DNA of 47,537 nucleotides from contig CAWHAA010000011.1 in NCBI GenBank assembly GCA_963827275.1, positions 1-47,537 of the forward strand, in the 5' to 3' direction. How positions within the stretch are numbered: the first letter of the stretch is position 1; the number at the start of each line of letters is the position of its first letter. This document shows, piece after piece, positions 16,997-27,143 of this stretch. The stretch is from an uncultured Spirochaetota bacterium. Its GTDB lineage: Bacteria; Spirochaetota; UBA4802; UBA5550. The notes below the pieces were generated by a model that was given only the letters and a program-made list of their open reading frames with translations, was not told the DNA's origin and searched no databases. Both the position numbers and the translations under genes were made by a program.

Positions 16997-17788
16997 TTAT
17001 ATCGTAATAAAATGAGGCAGGCCCCGGTAGGGTGCGTCCCACTGTACATACCCGATCCGGTTCTTCCGGTTCCGGTCGGAGATCGTCGGCAGGGACATCC
17101 GTATGATCGGTATGCCGGTGTGGGGCGTCGAGGTATAGGCGAACAGGAAGCGGTGATTGTGGCCGTGGATCACCGAATGGAACGGGAAGCGTTTGAGGAG
17201 GCCCTCCTCAATGTAGCGGCCGCGGTAGATGCCGGCGTGGCGGTCGCCGGATTCGCGCCAGAGGCTCCGGTGCGTTACCAGGTGCAGCAGGCACCCCCGG
17301 GTATCTATCGACGCCAGTCGTTCCGCGGCCCACGCCACCTGCTTTTTCCTGATCCTGTTCATGCCGACGAGCCCCAGCTTGTGCGCCTGGCCGCGGTGCG
17401 TGCTTCTCAGGCACACGAACAGGTGGTTATCGAACCGGACGATTGAGTCGCACTCCTCACGCGCGAGGACGCCCTCCTGGGACAGCACCGGCTCCATGAG
17501 CCGCCCGTACCGCTGCCGCGCCTTCCAGTTCGTGAGGATATACTCGCCGATCCAGTCGCCGAAGTCGTGGTTGCCCGGGGTCAGGACGATACGAATGCCT
17601 TCGCCGAGGAGCGCGCTGATGAACCGGGCGGCCTCCTCGTATTCTTTCGGGGTTGCGTGTTGGGTCATATCCCCGGCGATCACGACCAGCCGCTCCGGAT
17701 TCATGGCCGGGTTCACCGCCGCTTCCATGAAATGCCGCACGTTTTTGGATACGATGGCGCCGAAATGTATGTCGGATATGAGGAGCAT
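16997..17788 (-). CDS. calcineurin-like metallophosphoesterase
   Basis: SDIH, AGD, PGNHD and HGHNH motifs. Confidence 0.85.
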   Translation of the reverse strand: MLLISDIHFGAIVSKNVRHFMEAAVNPAMNPERLVVIAGDMTQHATPKEYEEAARFISALLGEGIRIVLTPGNHDFGDWIGEYILTNWKARQRYGRLMEPVLSQEGVLAREECDSIVRFDNHLFVCLRSTHRGQAHKLGLVGMNRIRKKQVAWAAERLASIDTRGCLLHLVTHRSLWRESGDRHAGIYRGRYIEEGLLKRFPFHSVIHGHNHRFLFAYTSTPHTGIPIIRMSLPTISDRNRKNRIGYVQWDAPYRGLPHFITI

Positions 17789-18045
17789 GGAAACGCCGAC
17801 CCCCGGGAGATTCAGTAGTGATGCTGCCTGTCCAACATGTCCCCGTACCGATAAATATCAAGAAATTTTCAGTTTTTCCCGCGCCTCTTGTATCGCCGAT
17901 TTCGTGTCAGGCCTGTGCAAATGATTTCCATGGTTGACCATGATGATGTCCTGCACCCGTATATTGATACATATAGTAATTGACCGGCAGACACGATCTT
18001 GATTATATATGAGCGGCATATCATTCTTGCTTGAGAGGGCATCCC

Positions 18046-18702
18046 ATGCGGCTATCTATTCTCGGAATAACAGGCAGTCCGGTGAAGGACGGCAACGTCG
18101 AGCTGCTGTTGAAAAACATGATGGATTCGGTACAGGGGGCTGACGTATCTGTAGAGATAGTTCATCTCTCCAGAACAGACATACAGGAATGCCGGCATTG
18201 CAACTTCTGCCTTAGAAAACAGACTCCCGACCGTTACTGCGCCATACAGGACGGAGCGCAGGAAATATACCGCAAGGCGGAGTCGGCGGACATCATCGTG
18301 CTCGCGAGCCCGGTGTATTTCATGCGCACCAGCGCGAGGATGGCGGCCCTGCTGGACCGCATGCGCGTGTTCGTGTTCGGGAACATTGCCGGCGGGAAGC
18401 TTAAGAACAAGGTGGGCGTGAGCGCTGCGGTCGCGTGGGCGCGCCACGGCGGACTGGAAACCACGCACCTCACGCACCTCTACTTTTTCCTGACGACGGA
18501 GATGCTGCCGGTGAGCGTGCACCACTGCATCAGCCCGCTGGGCGCCTCCGCCGTTGCCAGCCCCGGCGGAACGGGCCTGTTTGACAAGGAAATTCGCCAC
18601 GGCGTCGTAAAAGACGCTGCCGGCCTTCACTCGGCATCTGTGATGATGAAGCGCGCGGTCGAGCTGGCGACCCTCGTCAGAAAAGGCAGCGGAAAGGAGT
18701 GA
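18046..18702 (+). CDS. iron-sulfur flavoprotein / flavodoxin-family FMN-binding protein
   Basis: GITGSP, CRHCNFC...C and ADIIVLASPVYF; ATG at 18046 after GAGAGGG. Confidence 0.85.
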   Translation: MRLSILGITGSPVKDGNVELLLKNMMDSVQGADVSVEIVHLSRTDIQECRHCNFCLRKQTPDRYCAIQDGAQEIYRKAESADIIVLASPVYFMRTSARMAALLDRMRVFVFGNIAGGKLKNKVGVSAAVAWARHGGLETTHLTHLYFFLTTEMLPVSVHHCISPLGASAVASPGGTGLFDKEIRHGVVKDAAGLHSASVMMKRAVELATLVRKGSGKE

Positions 18703-18795
18703 GCGCGGGAGCGCGGTAACGTTTCAGTGTTATGGAATCATTCAATATGCGTAAATTACATTGAAAAGAATAATAAGTGAAAGAGCGAGGCGAAC

Positions 18796-19548
18796 ATGGA
18801 AACAAGGCGATACTCTCTATTCGTCCTGCTTGCCGGCATTGCCACATTTGCATCGATGTTTTTTATGATCGCCATGAGCGGCGGCGAGATAGCCCGGCCG
18901 GCAGAATATCCGAATAAAGATGGATTCACCCAGGCCATATTCTGGTTCGAGATGGTCCGGAGCCCGGAGGAGGTCAGGTCTGTGCTGGGGGACCCTGGAT
19001 CACCGGAGGGGATCAATTTGCGCCATGCCATGGATATGACCAACAGGTATGACTATATTTTCATGGTGTGCTATCCGCTTCTCATCGCCGCACTATTTCT
19101 TTTTCTCAACCGCCGCCTTGCGGATGACGGACGACGGCCGCGATACGGCACCGTGCTCATTACAGCGGGGATATGCCTGTCCGCGCTCGTCTTGTTCGCT
19201 GACGCGTATGAAAACCTCCAGCTCTTCAAGCTGTCGGCGTATACCGATCTTTCAAAAATCGATCCCGGCGTGATCACGCAGCTCATGATCGCGACGAACA
19301 TCAAGAGCGGCTCCATAACGATCGCCGGATTACTGCTTGTGTATTTATACGCCATGTACTTTAAAAAATCGCGGGGCATACTGCTTCCTGTCATATATGC
19401 CGTTTCAGTCGTCATCGGCGCAATAGCCCTGATCGTCACCTCCCGGAGGGCCCTGATCGAAACGGGCGCAACAATCGGCATGATCGGATGGCTCATTTCC
19501 ACGGCGCATGGAGGATACTGGTTCTTCAGGAAGACCCCCGTAAGATAA
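18796..19548 (+). CDS. hypothetical multi-pass membrane protein
   Basis: 250 aa with about six hydrophobic segments; DYIFMVCY and ADAYEN motifs; GAGG RBS. Confidence 0.7.
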   Translation: METRRYSLFVLLAGIATFASMFFMIAMSGGEIARPAEYPNKDGFTQAIFWFEMVRSPEEVRSVLGDPGSPEGINLRHAMDMTNRYDYIFMVCYPLLIAALFLFLNRRLADDGRRPRYGTVLITAGICLSALVLFADAYENLQLFKLSAYTDLSKIDPGVITQLMIATNIKSGSITIAGLLLVYLYAMYFKKSRGILLPVIYAVSVVIGAIALIVTSRRALIETGATIGMIGWLISTAHGGYWFFRKTPVR

Positions 19549-19601
19549 CGGGTCCGGCGGGAGTGGAACGCAGCACCGTATGACCGGTTTTCAGCCGGCT
19601 C

Positions 19602-20360
19602 TCATACCGGCTTCTTGCAGGTAAAATACCAGTCCCAGGGAGGGTCCTCCCTGGGGTAATACATCTGGCCTGCTTCCTTCCACTTCATCCACCGGTAAGG
19701 GACCCTTACAATGTCAAAGTTAATAAAACCCTCCTTTCCGAACCTATAAATAATTTCGAAGCGGTAAAACGCCTTTTGAATATGACCCTCGAAATCTATA
19801 AATCCGTGAAACGCATCATAAGATTTATGGTCCAATTTCTTCGAGGCTTGTATGATAACTTTTTCCTGTGGTACTTCCTTTTCCAGTTCCCGGTCGACAT
19901 AAAGCATGTTCTGATAAATATAGGATTCCATCGCCGGGATGATGGCGAACAATATTCCTCCCGGCTTGAGAATCTTGAATATATTTCCAACCATACGATT
20001 CAGCTTCATCAGATCCGACGAGATAATGGAATTCACGGCGACCGCCACATCAAAGGACGCATCCATCCCGGCCAAATCGGCAATATCCTTTACGAGAAAT
20101 TCCGTGTTGGGCTTGGTGCTCCTTTCCTTAGCCCTGGCGATCATTTCAGGAGAAAAGTCCATTGCGGTTACCACCCTGAAATTCTCTTCCAGAAGAGGGA
20201 GAAGTTCTCCCAGACCGCAACCCAACTCAATCACCGACATTTTTTTTGATTTGAGAGCTTTCAAATCATGAATCAGCGGATTGTATTTACAGTCCTTGAG
20301 AGGACTCAAAATTTCAGAATAATAATCCTCTGATATTTTGTCCCATGCTTGCTCGTTCAT
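19602..20360 (-). CDS. class I SAM-dependent methyltransferase (AT-richer than neighbours)
   Basis: VIELGCGLG, MDFSPEMI and LKPGG motifs. Confidence 0.85.
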   Translation of the reverse strand: MNEQAWDKISEDYYSEILSPLKDCKYNPLIHDLKALKSKKMSVIELGCGLGELLPLLEENFRVVTAMDFSPEMIARAKERSTKPNTEFLVKDIADLAGMDASFDVAVAVNSIISSDLMKLNRMVGNIFKILKPGGILFAIIPAMESYIYQNMLYVDRELEKEVPQEKVIIQASKKLDHKSYDAFHGFIDFEGHIQKAFYRFEIIYRFGKEGFINFDIVRVPYRWMKWKEAGQMYYPREDPPWDWYFTCKKPV

Positions 20361-20596
20361 TATTTTATTTCTAAACCGATGTCATAAAATTTTAAACAAA
20401 GAATAAAAAAAATACAAAAATAAAACAATCAAAAACTCGATTATTACCCGGAAAAAATCGCCTTATCACCTGCAAGGCCAGGGGGTGTAACGGGAAAAAT
20501 TGAAAAAAATTTTAGTTGTTAATTCTATGCGCCTTTCCTATTGTTGACCCCATGTTTTTCAGGAGGCACTGCCTTCTGAACCATAACGAAAATATC

Positions 20597-21868
20597 ATGA
20601 AAGCACCGAAAAACAGGCGAGTTTATGTCATTGGCTACGGGGCTGCTACCCCCCTGGGGGCCACTTTCGACGCATCGTGGGCACGGGCGGTCAGGGGCGA
20701 TGCCGGTTTCCGGAAGGTGACCCGCTGCGAGGTCAACTCCGCTTGCAACGTCGTGGGTGAGATCCCAGACTGGGACCCGCGCGCCCTCGATTTCGCGGAC
20801 GAGAAGGAGATCTATAACTGGAACGCGGACTTCGTGCTTCTCACCATGGCGGTATGCCAGGAGGCGGTCCGCCGCTCCGGCCTTGTGATCGACGGGACCA
20901 CCGGCCCGCGCACCGCCTGCCTGATCGGCTCGGCCCTGAACGGCTCGGACGCATACCGCAAGGCGATGGACAGTTACCTCTCCCGCGGGCCACTGAAAGT
21001 AAGCCCCTACCTGCTGCCAAACCTCTGCGCCAACCTGCCCTCCGGCAAGGCGGGCATGCTCCTCGGGTTTACGGGACCCATCTTTTCCCCTGAGGGCGCC
21101 TGCGCCTCAGGCAACCACGCCATCGGCATCGGCTCGCGTATGATACGGGACGGCGACGTGGACTTCGTGCTGGCCGGCGGGGCCGACACCTGCATAATCC
21201 CCGAGATCATCCACGGGTTCGAGAACATGAACGCCACAATCAAGATAAAACCGGGCGACCGGGCGCACGACGACCCGGCGCAGGCCTCGCGGCCCTTCAG
21301 CGCGGACCGCAAGGGCTTCGTTCTGTCCGAGGGTGCGGGCGTGGTCGTGCTGGCCGCGGACGAGGCGGTCCGGGCCTACGGCCTGGAGCCGAAAGCAGAG
21401 GTGCTGGGCGTGGGCTGGAACTCGGACGCGCACCACTTCACCCGGCCCAACAGCGAAACCATCATCATCTGCATCAGGCAGGCCATCGATGACGCAGGCC
21501 TCGCGCCCGGCGATATACAGTACGTAAACGCGCACGGCACCTCCACGCCCAAGGGCGACGCGACCGAGATCGAATGCCTCAAGGAGGTCTTCGGAACTCA
21601 CATGGAGAAAGTCCCCGTGTCATCGAACAAATCGCAGATCGGGCACACCCTGGGAGGCGCCGCGGCGATCGAGGCGGCGCTCGCGATCGAGGGGATGCGG
21701 CAGGGAATCCTGCTTCCTACCGTTAACTACGTCCCGGACCCCCTGCTGGGGGGCGTTGACGTGGTCCCCGACCGGGCGCGCAAACAGAGCCATGACATCG
21801 TCCTGTCAAACGCCTTCGGCTTCGGCGGCACCAACTGCTGTGTAGTGTTCAGGGGAGGCGCACAGTGA
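20597..21868 (+). CDS. fabF: beta-ketoacyl-ACP synthase II family protein
   Basis: GACASG, SRPF, NAHGTST, KSQIGHTLG and SNAFGFGG; ATG at 20597 preferred to TTG at 20516. Confidence 0.9.
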   Translation: MKAPKNRRVYVIGYGAATPLGATFDASWARAVRGDAGFRKVTRCEVNSACNVVGEIPDWDPRALDFADEKEIYNWNADFVLLTMAVCQEAVRRSGLVIDGTTGPRTACLIGSALNGSDAYRKAMDSYLSRGPLKVSPYLLPNLCANLPSGKAGMLLGFTGPIFSPEGACASGNHAIGIGSRMIRDGDVDFVLAGGADTCIIPEIIHGFENMNATIKIKPGDRAHDDPAQASRPFSADRKGFVLSEGAGVVVLAADEAVRAYGLEPKAEVLGVGWNSDAHHFTRPNSETIIICIRQAIDDAGLAPGDIQYVNAHGTSTPKGDATEIECLKEVFGTHMEKVPVSSNKSQIGHTLGGAAAIEAALAIEGMRQGILLPTVNYVPDPLLGGVDVVPDRARKQSHDIVLSNAFGFGGTNCCVVFRGGAQ

Positions 21869-22344
21869 AGCCAAAGCCCTTCAGGCCTGAAGCATTCAAT
21901 AACGACGAGCGGTTCGTGCGCGACCGAATGACCGGCGATGTCTGGCACCGGTGCGCCCACCGGACCCTGTACGCGGATACGGACCGGTCCGAGGTCGTAT
22001 ACCACTCGAATTACCTGCGCTACTTTGAGCTGGGCCGGGCGTCCCTGATGCGGGACGCCGCCTACCCCTACCGCGAAATAGAGGAGAGCGGGTTCGTGTA
22101 CCCGATCATCGACCTGGGCATCACCTTCTACGCTCCGCTTTACTATGATGATCTCATCTGGGTACACACCAGGCCGATCGAGCTCGAGCGGGTGCGCCTC
22201 AAATTCGACTACCTCATCACCCATGCCGAAACAAACAGGCTCATCTGCCGCGGCTTCACCAGGCACTGCGCGCTCAACAAGGCTGGCAGGCCCGTGGCCG
22301 TGGACGAGAAGACCGTTCACCTATGGAAGACCTTCCCGAAATAA
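21865..22344 (+). CDS. YbgC/4HBT-family acyl-CoA/ACP thioesterase
   Basis: YADTDRSEVVYHSNYLRYFELGR motif; GTGA overlap with upstream fabF. Confidence 0.87.
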   Translation: MKPKPFRPEAFNNDERFVRDRMTGDVWHRCAHRTLYADTDRSEVVYHSNYLRYFELGRASLMRDAAYPYREIEESGFVYPIIDLGITFYAPLYYDDLIWVHTRPIELERVRLKFDYLITHAETNRLICRGFTRHCALNKAGRPVAVDEKTVHLWKTFPK

Positions 22345-23840
22345 ATAAGCCGGAGCGCGTGCCGGTATCGCTCCGTATTGCCGACTACCTGCGCGACCAT
22401 GTATTCCAGGGCCGTGCCGTGTACCCGGCTGTCGAGGCCATGCGTGTGCTCGCGGAAACCACGCGCGCGAGATTCCCGGACACGGACGCGAGCTGCATCG
22501 AAAACGCGGACTTCACCCGCTTCCTTGAAATTCCTCCCGAGACCTCAGCGGTCGATGCATTTGCCGAGATAAGTCCCCGTGGCCGGGCCGTATCCGCAAA
22601 GCTCCTTACCATCAAGAAGTCCGGCACAACCTCCATCACCCGGTTCCTTGAGCACGTGTCCCTCACCTTTCCCGGTGAGATGCCAGTGAGACATCTGCCG
22701 CCCCTCGACGAAACCCTCGGGCTCGAGGGGATATGCGCGGTGCCGGACCCGGAACTTATCTACGAAGAGCTTGTCCCGTTCGGGCCGTCCTATCGCAACA
22801 TCGAACGCCTGCACGTTTCTGAGCAGGGGGCGATTGCGCTGGTGAGCGGCGGAACAAACGCCGCGCCGGACGGGCCGCTCGGCTCGCCTTTTCCCCTGGA
22901 CGCGTCATTTCACGCCGCGTGCGTGTGGGGCCAGCGGTACGCGGGCATCGTCGGGTTTCCCGTGCATACCGACGGCCGGGTGATCCGGAAAAAGACCGCT
23001 GCAGGCGAAACGTACACGAGCAGGATCACGCCCGTATCCTCGGCTGGCGGCCTGCTCGTCTTCAACATCCTGATCTACGATTTGGACGGCGGACTGTGCG
23101 AGGAGGTGTACGGCCTGCGCATGAGGGACGTGAGCGGCGGCACAATCCGGCCGCCGGACTGGATCCGCGCCGCGGGTCCCGATCCCCTCGCGCGGATACG
23201 GGACCGCTGCCGCGACCTCTGCGTGGTAGAGCTCGACTCCCTGACCGCTCCCTGCGCCGGAATACTCTCGGAGGCCGAGCGCGCGCGCTTCAGCTCCATG
23301 CGGGCAAAACGCGCCCGGACCTTTCTCGGCGCGCGCATGGCGCTGAAAAAGCTGGCCCGCAGGCTCCCGGGCGCTGATCCCGCCATCCCCTCCGGCGCCC
23401 TGACCACCATGCACGAGAACGGACGCCCCCGCTGCCCGCTTCCGGACGGCAGCGAGCCGTATCACTGTTCCGCTTCCCACGACTCGCGGTTCGCGGTTGC
23501 GGCCCTGTCCGGCGGCAGGATCGGGATAGACGTCGAGGCTTTATCAAACCGCGTTATGAACGGGCGCAGCCTGTACATGCATGAGGAGGAGCTCGCACTG
23601 GTGCGGGAGCATCCCATCGGCGAGATGGAGGCATCAGCACGGGTCTGGTCCGTCAAGGAAGCGGTGTCAAAGGCCCTGGGAATGAACCTGGCCAAAGCGT
23701 GGGAGAAGACCGCGGTTGCGGGGATCGAGACTGACCGGAGCGCGTTGACCATTGACGGCAAAACAGAGGTGGCCATCCATTCTGTCGTGGACGACCACCT
23801 GTTTACGCTGGTTTTACTGTCCAAGAATTGGCAAAAATAA
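22323..23840 (+). CDS. PKS-type double-hotdog dehydratase fused to 4'-phosphopantetheinyl transferase
   Basis: DHVFQGRAVYP (HxxxGxxxxP) and LDASFH, then SASHD, IGIDVE and WSVKEAVSKA. Confidence 0.82.
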   Translation: MEDLPEINKPERVPVSLRIADYLRDHVFQGRAVYPAVEAMRVLAETTRARFPDTDASCIENADFTRFLEIPPETSAVDAFAEISPRGRAVSAKLLTIKKSGTTSITRFLEHVSLTFPGEMPVRHLPPLDETLGLEGICAVPDPELIYEELVPFGPSYRNIERLHVSEQGAIALVSGGTNAAPDGPLGSPFPLDASFHAACVWGQRYAGIVGFPVHTDGRVIRKKTAAGETYTSRITPVSSAGGLLVFNILIYDLDGGLCEEVYGLRMRDVSGGTIRPPDWIRAAGPDPLARIRDRCRDLCVVELDSLTAPCAGILSEAERARFSSMRAKRARTFLGARMALKKLARRLPGADPAIPSGALTTMHENGRPRCPLPDGSEPYHCSASHDSRFAVAALSGGRIGIDVEALSNRVMNGRSLYMHEEELALVREHPIGEMEASARVWSVKEAVSKALGMNLAKAWEKTAVAGIETDRSALTIDGKTEVAIHSVVDDHLFTLVLLSKNWQK

Positions 23841-23851
23841 AAAAACGACAG

Positions 23852-24133
23852 TTATTCCGGTTTAACGCTCAGGAACTCTTTTACCTGGGCTATGCTTTTT
23901 TCACTGAGGATAAAAGTCAGGGGTGATGTTCCGAAATAGAGTCGTATAGCCAAACTATTACAGGTTTTTATTGCATCCTCAATTTTATTATTGAGTAGGA
24001 TTTTCGTATCCCATTCCTCGTGCTGAGAGGTGTTAATTTGAGTTCCGCCCATGGCATAATTCGGCGTCCCTGATATGGTTGTAATGTTTACCGCAGAGGT
24101 TTCGCCCAAAATGATATTCAAAATAATGAAGCA
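23852..24133 (-). pseudogene. AT-rich gene remnant without a convincing start
   Basis: 89-codon ORF with only a TTG start, no RBS and an in-frame TAG at 24136-24134; composition differs from flanks. Confidence 0.3.
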
Positions 24134-24246
24134 CTATCCGGTCCGGCTCCGGTCAGCCTGAAAAATTCCTTGAAATAAAACTTATACGCACGGTATTGTC
24201 GGCCAATGAGTTTACAAGTCAACATCCACGGACTAACCGGGAGATC

Positions 24247-24840
24247 ATGAAACTAATAATTATTATGGCAGCCGCCTACCTGGCAGGTTCAGTAAACTTC
24301 GCGATACTGCTATTCAAAATACTCGGCAAGGAAGACCCGCGCCTTCATTACAGCGGCAACGCGGGCACCACCAACGTGTACCGCATGGCCGGACCGGCCT
24401 GGGCCGCGGCGGTTCTCCTGCTGGACGTCGTCCGGGCCGTGGGGATAGCTCTTCTCGCGCGGTACGCGCTCACGCCGGGTGCGGTCCCCTGGGCGGGGCT
24501 CGCGCTGGTGATCGGTAACCGCTATCCCTGTTTCCACCGCTTCAGGGGCGGCAAGGGCGTGGCGAACTACCTGGGGTTCTCCGCAGTCATCACCCCTGCC
24601 GGGGCGGTGGTCTCCTGCATCGCGTGGGTGTGCGTATATGTATTGAAGAGGGTGCCCTTTATTGCATCATTTGCAATGATAGCCGTACTCGCGTTCGGAA
24701 CGATCGCGGCATGCGGGTACCGGCCGGCTGCTGTCGTCGGATCGGTCGCAACGGCCCTTTTCATCATGTTTAACCACCGGATAAACATCACGGCGATGCT
24801 GCAGGGAGGGAAGGAAAAAGAGAAACCGGATACCGATTAG
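24247..24840 (+). CDS. plsY: glycerol-3-phosphate acyltransferase PlsY-like membrane protein
   Basis: YLAGS, SGNAGTTNVYR, FRGGKGVA and HRINI motifs; GGGAGA RBS before ATG 24247. Confidence 0.82.
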   Translation: MKLIIIMAAAYLAGSVNFAILLFKILGKEDPRLHYSGNAGTTNVYRMAGPAWAAAVLLLDVVRAVGIALLARYALTPGAVPWAGLALVIGNRYPCFHRFRGGKGVANYLGFSAVITPAGAVVSCIAWVCVYVLKRVPFIASFAMIAVLAFGTIAACGYRPAAVVGSVATALFIMFNHRINITAMLQGGKEKEKPDTD

Positions 24841-24841
24841 C

Positions 24842-25756
24842 TCACGCGTTTTTCAACGCCTTTTCCCCGGTCATGATGGTACGGTCTTTCGCGATCCTTT
24901 TGACCAGTCCCGCGAGAACGGCGCCCGGGCCGGATTCCATGAAAGTCGCGGCGCCCGCGTCAACCGCCGTCGTCACCGACCGCTCCCACTGGACCGGGCT
25001 CGACAGCTGGAGCACCAGCTTTTTCTTTATATTCGCCGGGTCCTGCTCCATCAGGCCGGTGACGTTATCGATAAACTCCACGCCTGGAGGCCGGAATTCG
25101 AACTCGTCGAGAAAGCCCCCGAAATCCTCCGCCGCCGGCTTCATGAGCGACGAATGAAAGGGCGCCGACACGTTCAGCTCGACCGCCTTCCCGATCCCCC
25201 CGTCGTTGATAAGGGACACCGCCCGGTTCACCGCCGCGGTTTCGCCGGAGAGTACCACCTGCACCGGCGAGTTGAAATTCGCGATCTCGACGACGCCGTC
25301 CTTCGCGCATTCGGCGATCAGCGCCTCGACCTTTCCCCGCTCGGCGCCAATGACGGCGGCCATCTTGCCCGGCGTGTTTTTTACCGCCTTTTCCATGAGC
25401 TCGCCCCGCCGGCGCACGATCCGGACCGCGTCCCTGAAGTCTATAACGCCGCCGTGCACCAGGGCCGCGTATTCCCCGAGTGAATGTCCCATGACTATAT
25501 CGGCCCGGTGCCCGCGGTCATCGAGCCCCCGCGCGAACGCTACGCCCATGACAAGAAGCGCCGGCTGCGTGTTCGAGGTTCGGGTAAGCTCCTCGTCAGG
25601 GCCCTCGTCGATCAGCACGCTCAGGTGGAAGCCCAGAACATAGTCCACGGTGCTGAAAAGCTCCTTCTGCTCCTCGGTCATGGCCCCGAGCTTGCTCCTC
25701 ATCCCCACCGACTGCGACCCCTGGCCGGGGAACATGTAGACAGTTTTTCCTTCCAT
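24842..25756 (-). CDS. fabD: malonyl-CoA:ACP transacylase
   Basis: FPGQGSQ, TQPAL, GHSLGE and SAPFHS motifs. Confidence 0.94.
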   Translation of the reverse strand: MEGKTVYMFPGQGSQSVGMRSKLGAMTEEQKELFSTVDYVLGFHLSVLIDEGPDEELTRTSNTQPALLVMGVAFARGLDDRGHRADIVMGHSLGEYAALVHGGVIDFRDAVRIVRRRGELMEKAVKNTPGKMAAVIGAERGKVEALIAECAKDGVVEIANFNSPVQVVLSGETAAVNRAVSLINDGGIGKAVELNVSAPFHSSLMKPAAEDFGGFLDEFEFRPPGVEFIDNVTGLMEQDPANIKKKLVLQLSSPVQWERSVTTAVDAGAATFMESGPGAVLAGLVKRIAKDRTIMTGEKALKNA

Positions 25757-25778
25757 GAACGACCCCCCTCTCGATGTT

Positions 25779-27131
25779 CTAACGACCGGGCGCGAAAAGC
25801 TTCAGCAGCGCCTCTCGATCAATTTTTCCCGTGGATGTAGATGGCAGTTTGGCAACGACCCGCAGGCGGCGTGGCATGGCATAGGATTCCATCGCACCGG
25901 CAAGGGCCTGCTTCAATTCTTCTTCGGTAGTATCGGCTTCGACAACGGCCGCGACATCGGTGTCCCGCGCCTTTCTCCCGGGCAGGGAAAAAACATGGGC
26001 ATCGCGGACCCCCGGGATGCGCTTAATGATATCACGCACGCTGATTAAATCAACTCTTTTTCCGCCTACTTTCACTACACCGTCCGACCTGCCCAGGAGC
26101 GAAAAGCCGCTCCCGGCCGCCTCCACGCGGTCCCCGGTCGTGAAGAAGCCTGCCTTGTCGAACGGCAGGTCAGGCGACAGGAAGGGCGATTTCACGCAGA
26201 GCCGCCCGTCCTCGATCTTCCAGGTCACGCACGCGAACGGCTCCAGGACCTCGCGCCTGACCGCCGGGCAGCGGCACGCGATACCGCCGGTCTCTGTCGA
26301 GCCGAAAATCTCCTCTACGCCCACGCCGGTCTGCCGGTAAAACCAGAGCGCGTCATTCCGGTCAAGAGGGCCGGCAGAAGAAAACGCGCGGCGCAGCGAG
26401 GAGGCGTGTATCTTCTCACCGTTCAGGACCCGGTAGTGGACCGGCACGCTTGCCAGGACAGTGACCGGGTTTTTCTCAAGTGCGTCCTGGATCTCGCGCG
26501 GAAACACCACGACCCGCTCCATGACCCTCGCCCCCGAGATAAAAGGAATCATCACCGAGAAAAGAAAGCCGTAAATGTGATAGGGCGGCACGGTAGCGAT
26601 AAAAAAATCGCCCGCGGTTATCCCATACTTTTCCGACTGGAACGCCGCCTCGGAAACGACGTTCACCGGCGTCTTGGTCCAGACTTTCGGCTTGCCGGTC
26701 GAGCCCCCGGTGAAGAGTTGTAGGCAGGGATCATCGATGCCGCGCGGCTCTTCCGCTCCCTGCCACCGGCCGCGCGCGGGCGTGATGCACCGTATCCCGG
26801 CCGGGAGCGCCATCTCCCTTTCCGCGAGCCCGAACCTGACACCCATGGCCTCGGCCGTTTCCCGGATGCCCCGCTCGGATAGGGCGTAGGGAACCACGAG
26901 GAGCGGCCCGCCGGCAAGGGAGGCAAGCACTCCAGCCGCGACCAGGACCTTGTCCTCGGTGCAGAGGCAGAGCGGCTCGCCCGGGGCCATGCCTGACGTC
27001 CTGCACGTTTCCAGGAGCCCGGCCGCAGTCTCATAGACCTCGCCGTACGTGCGGCCGGGTATCACGAACTCCCTTTCGGGCGCAACCGGACCGTCAAGGA
27101 GGCGACGGATGGTTTCATTCCAATTAAGCAT
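25779..27131 (-). CDS. AMP-binding acyl-CoA/acyl-ACP ligase (ApeH-like)
   Basis: FTGGSTGKPK, PPYHIYG, FGSTETGG, TGD and STGK adenylation motifs. Confidence 0.88.
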   Translation of the reverse strand: MLNWNETIRRLLDGPVAPEREFVIPGRTYGEVYETAAGLLETCRTSGMAPGEPLCLCTEDKVLVAAGVLASLAGGPLLVVPYALSERGIRETAEAMGVRFGLAEREMALPAGIRCITPARGRWQGAEEPRGIDDPCLQLFTGGSTGKPKVWTKTPVNVVSEAAFQSEKYGITAGDFFIATVPPYHIYGFLFSVMIPFISGARVMERVVVFPREIQDALEKNPVTVLASVPVHYRVLNGEKIHASSLRRAFSSAGPLDRNDALWFYRQTGVGVEEIFGSTETGGIACRCPAVRREVLEPFACVTWKIEDGRLCVKSPFLSPDLPFDKAGFFTTGDRVEAAGSGFSLLGRSDGVVKVGGKRVDLISVRDIIKRIPGVRDAHVFSLPGRKARDTDVAAVVEADTTEEELKQALAGAMESYAMPRRLRVVAKLPSTSTGKIDREALLKLFAPGR

Positions 27132-27143
27132 TGCCTGATGTCC

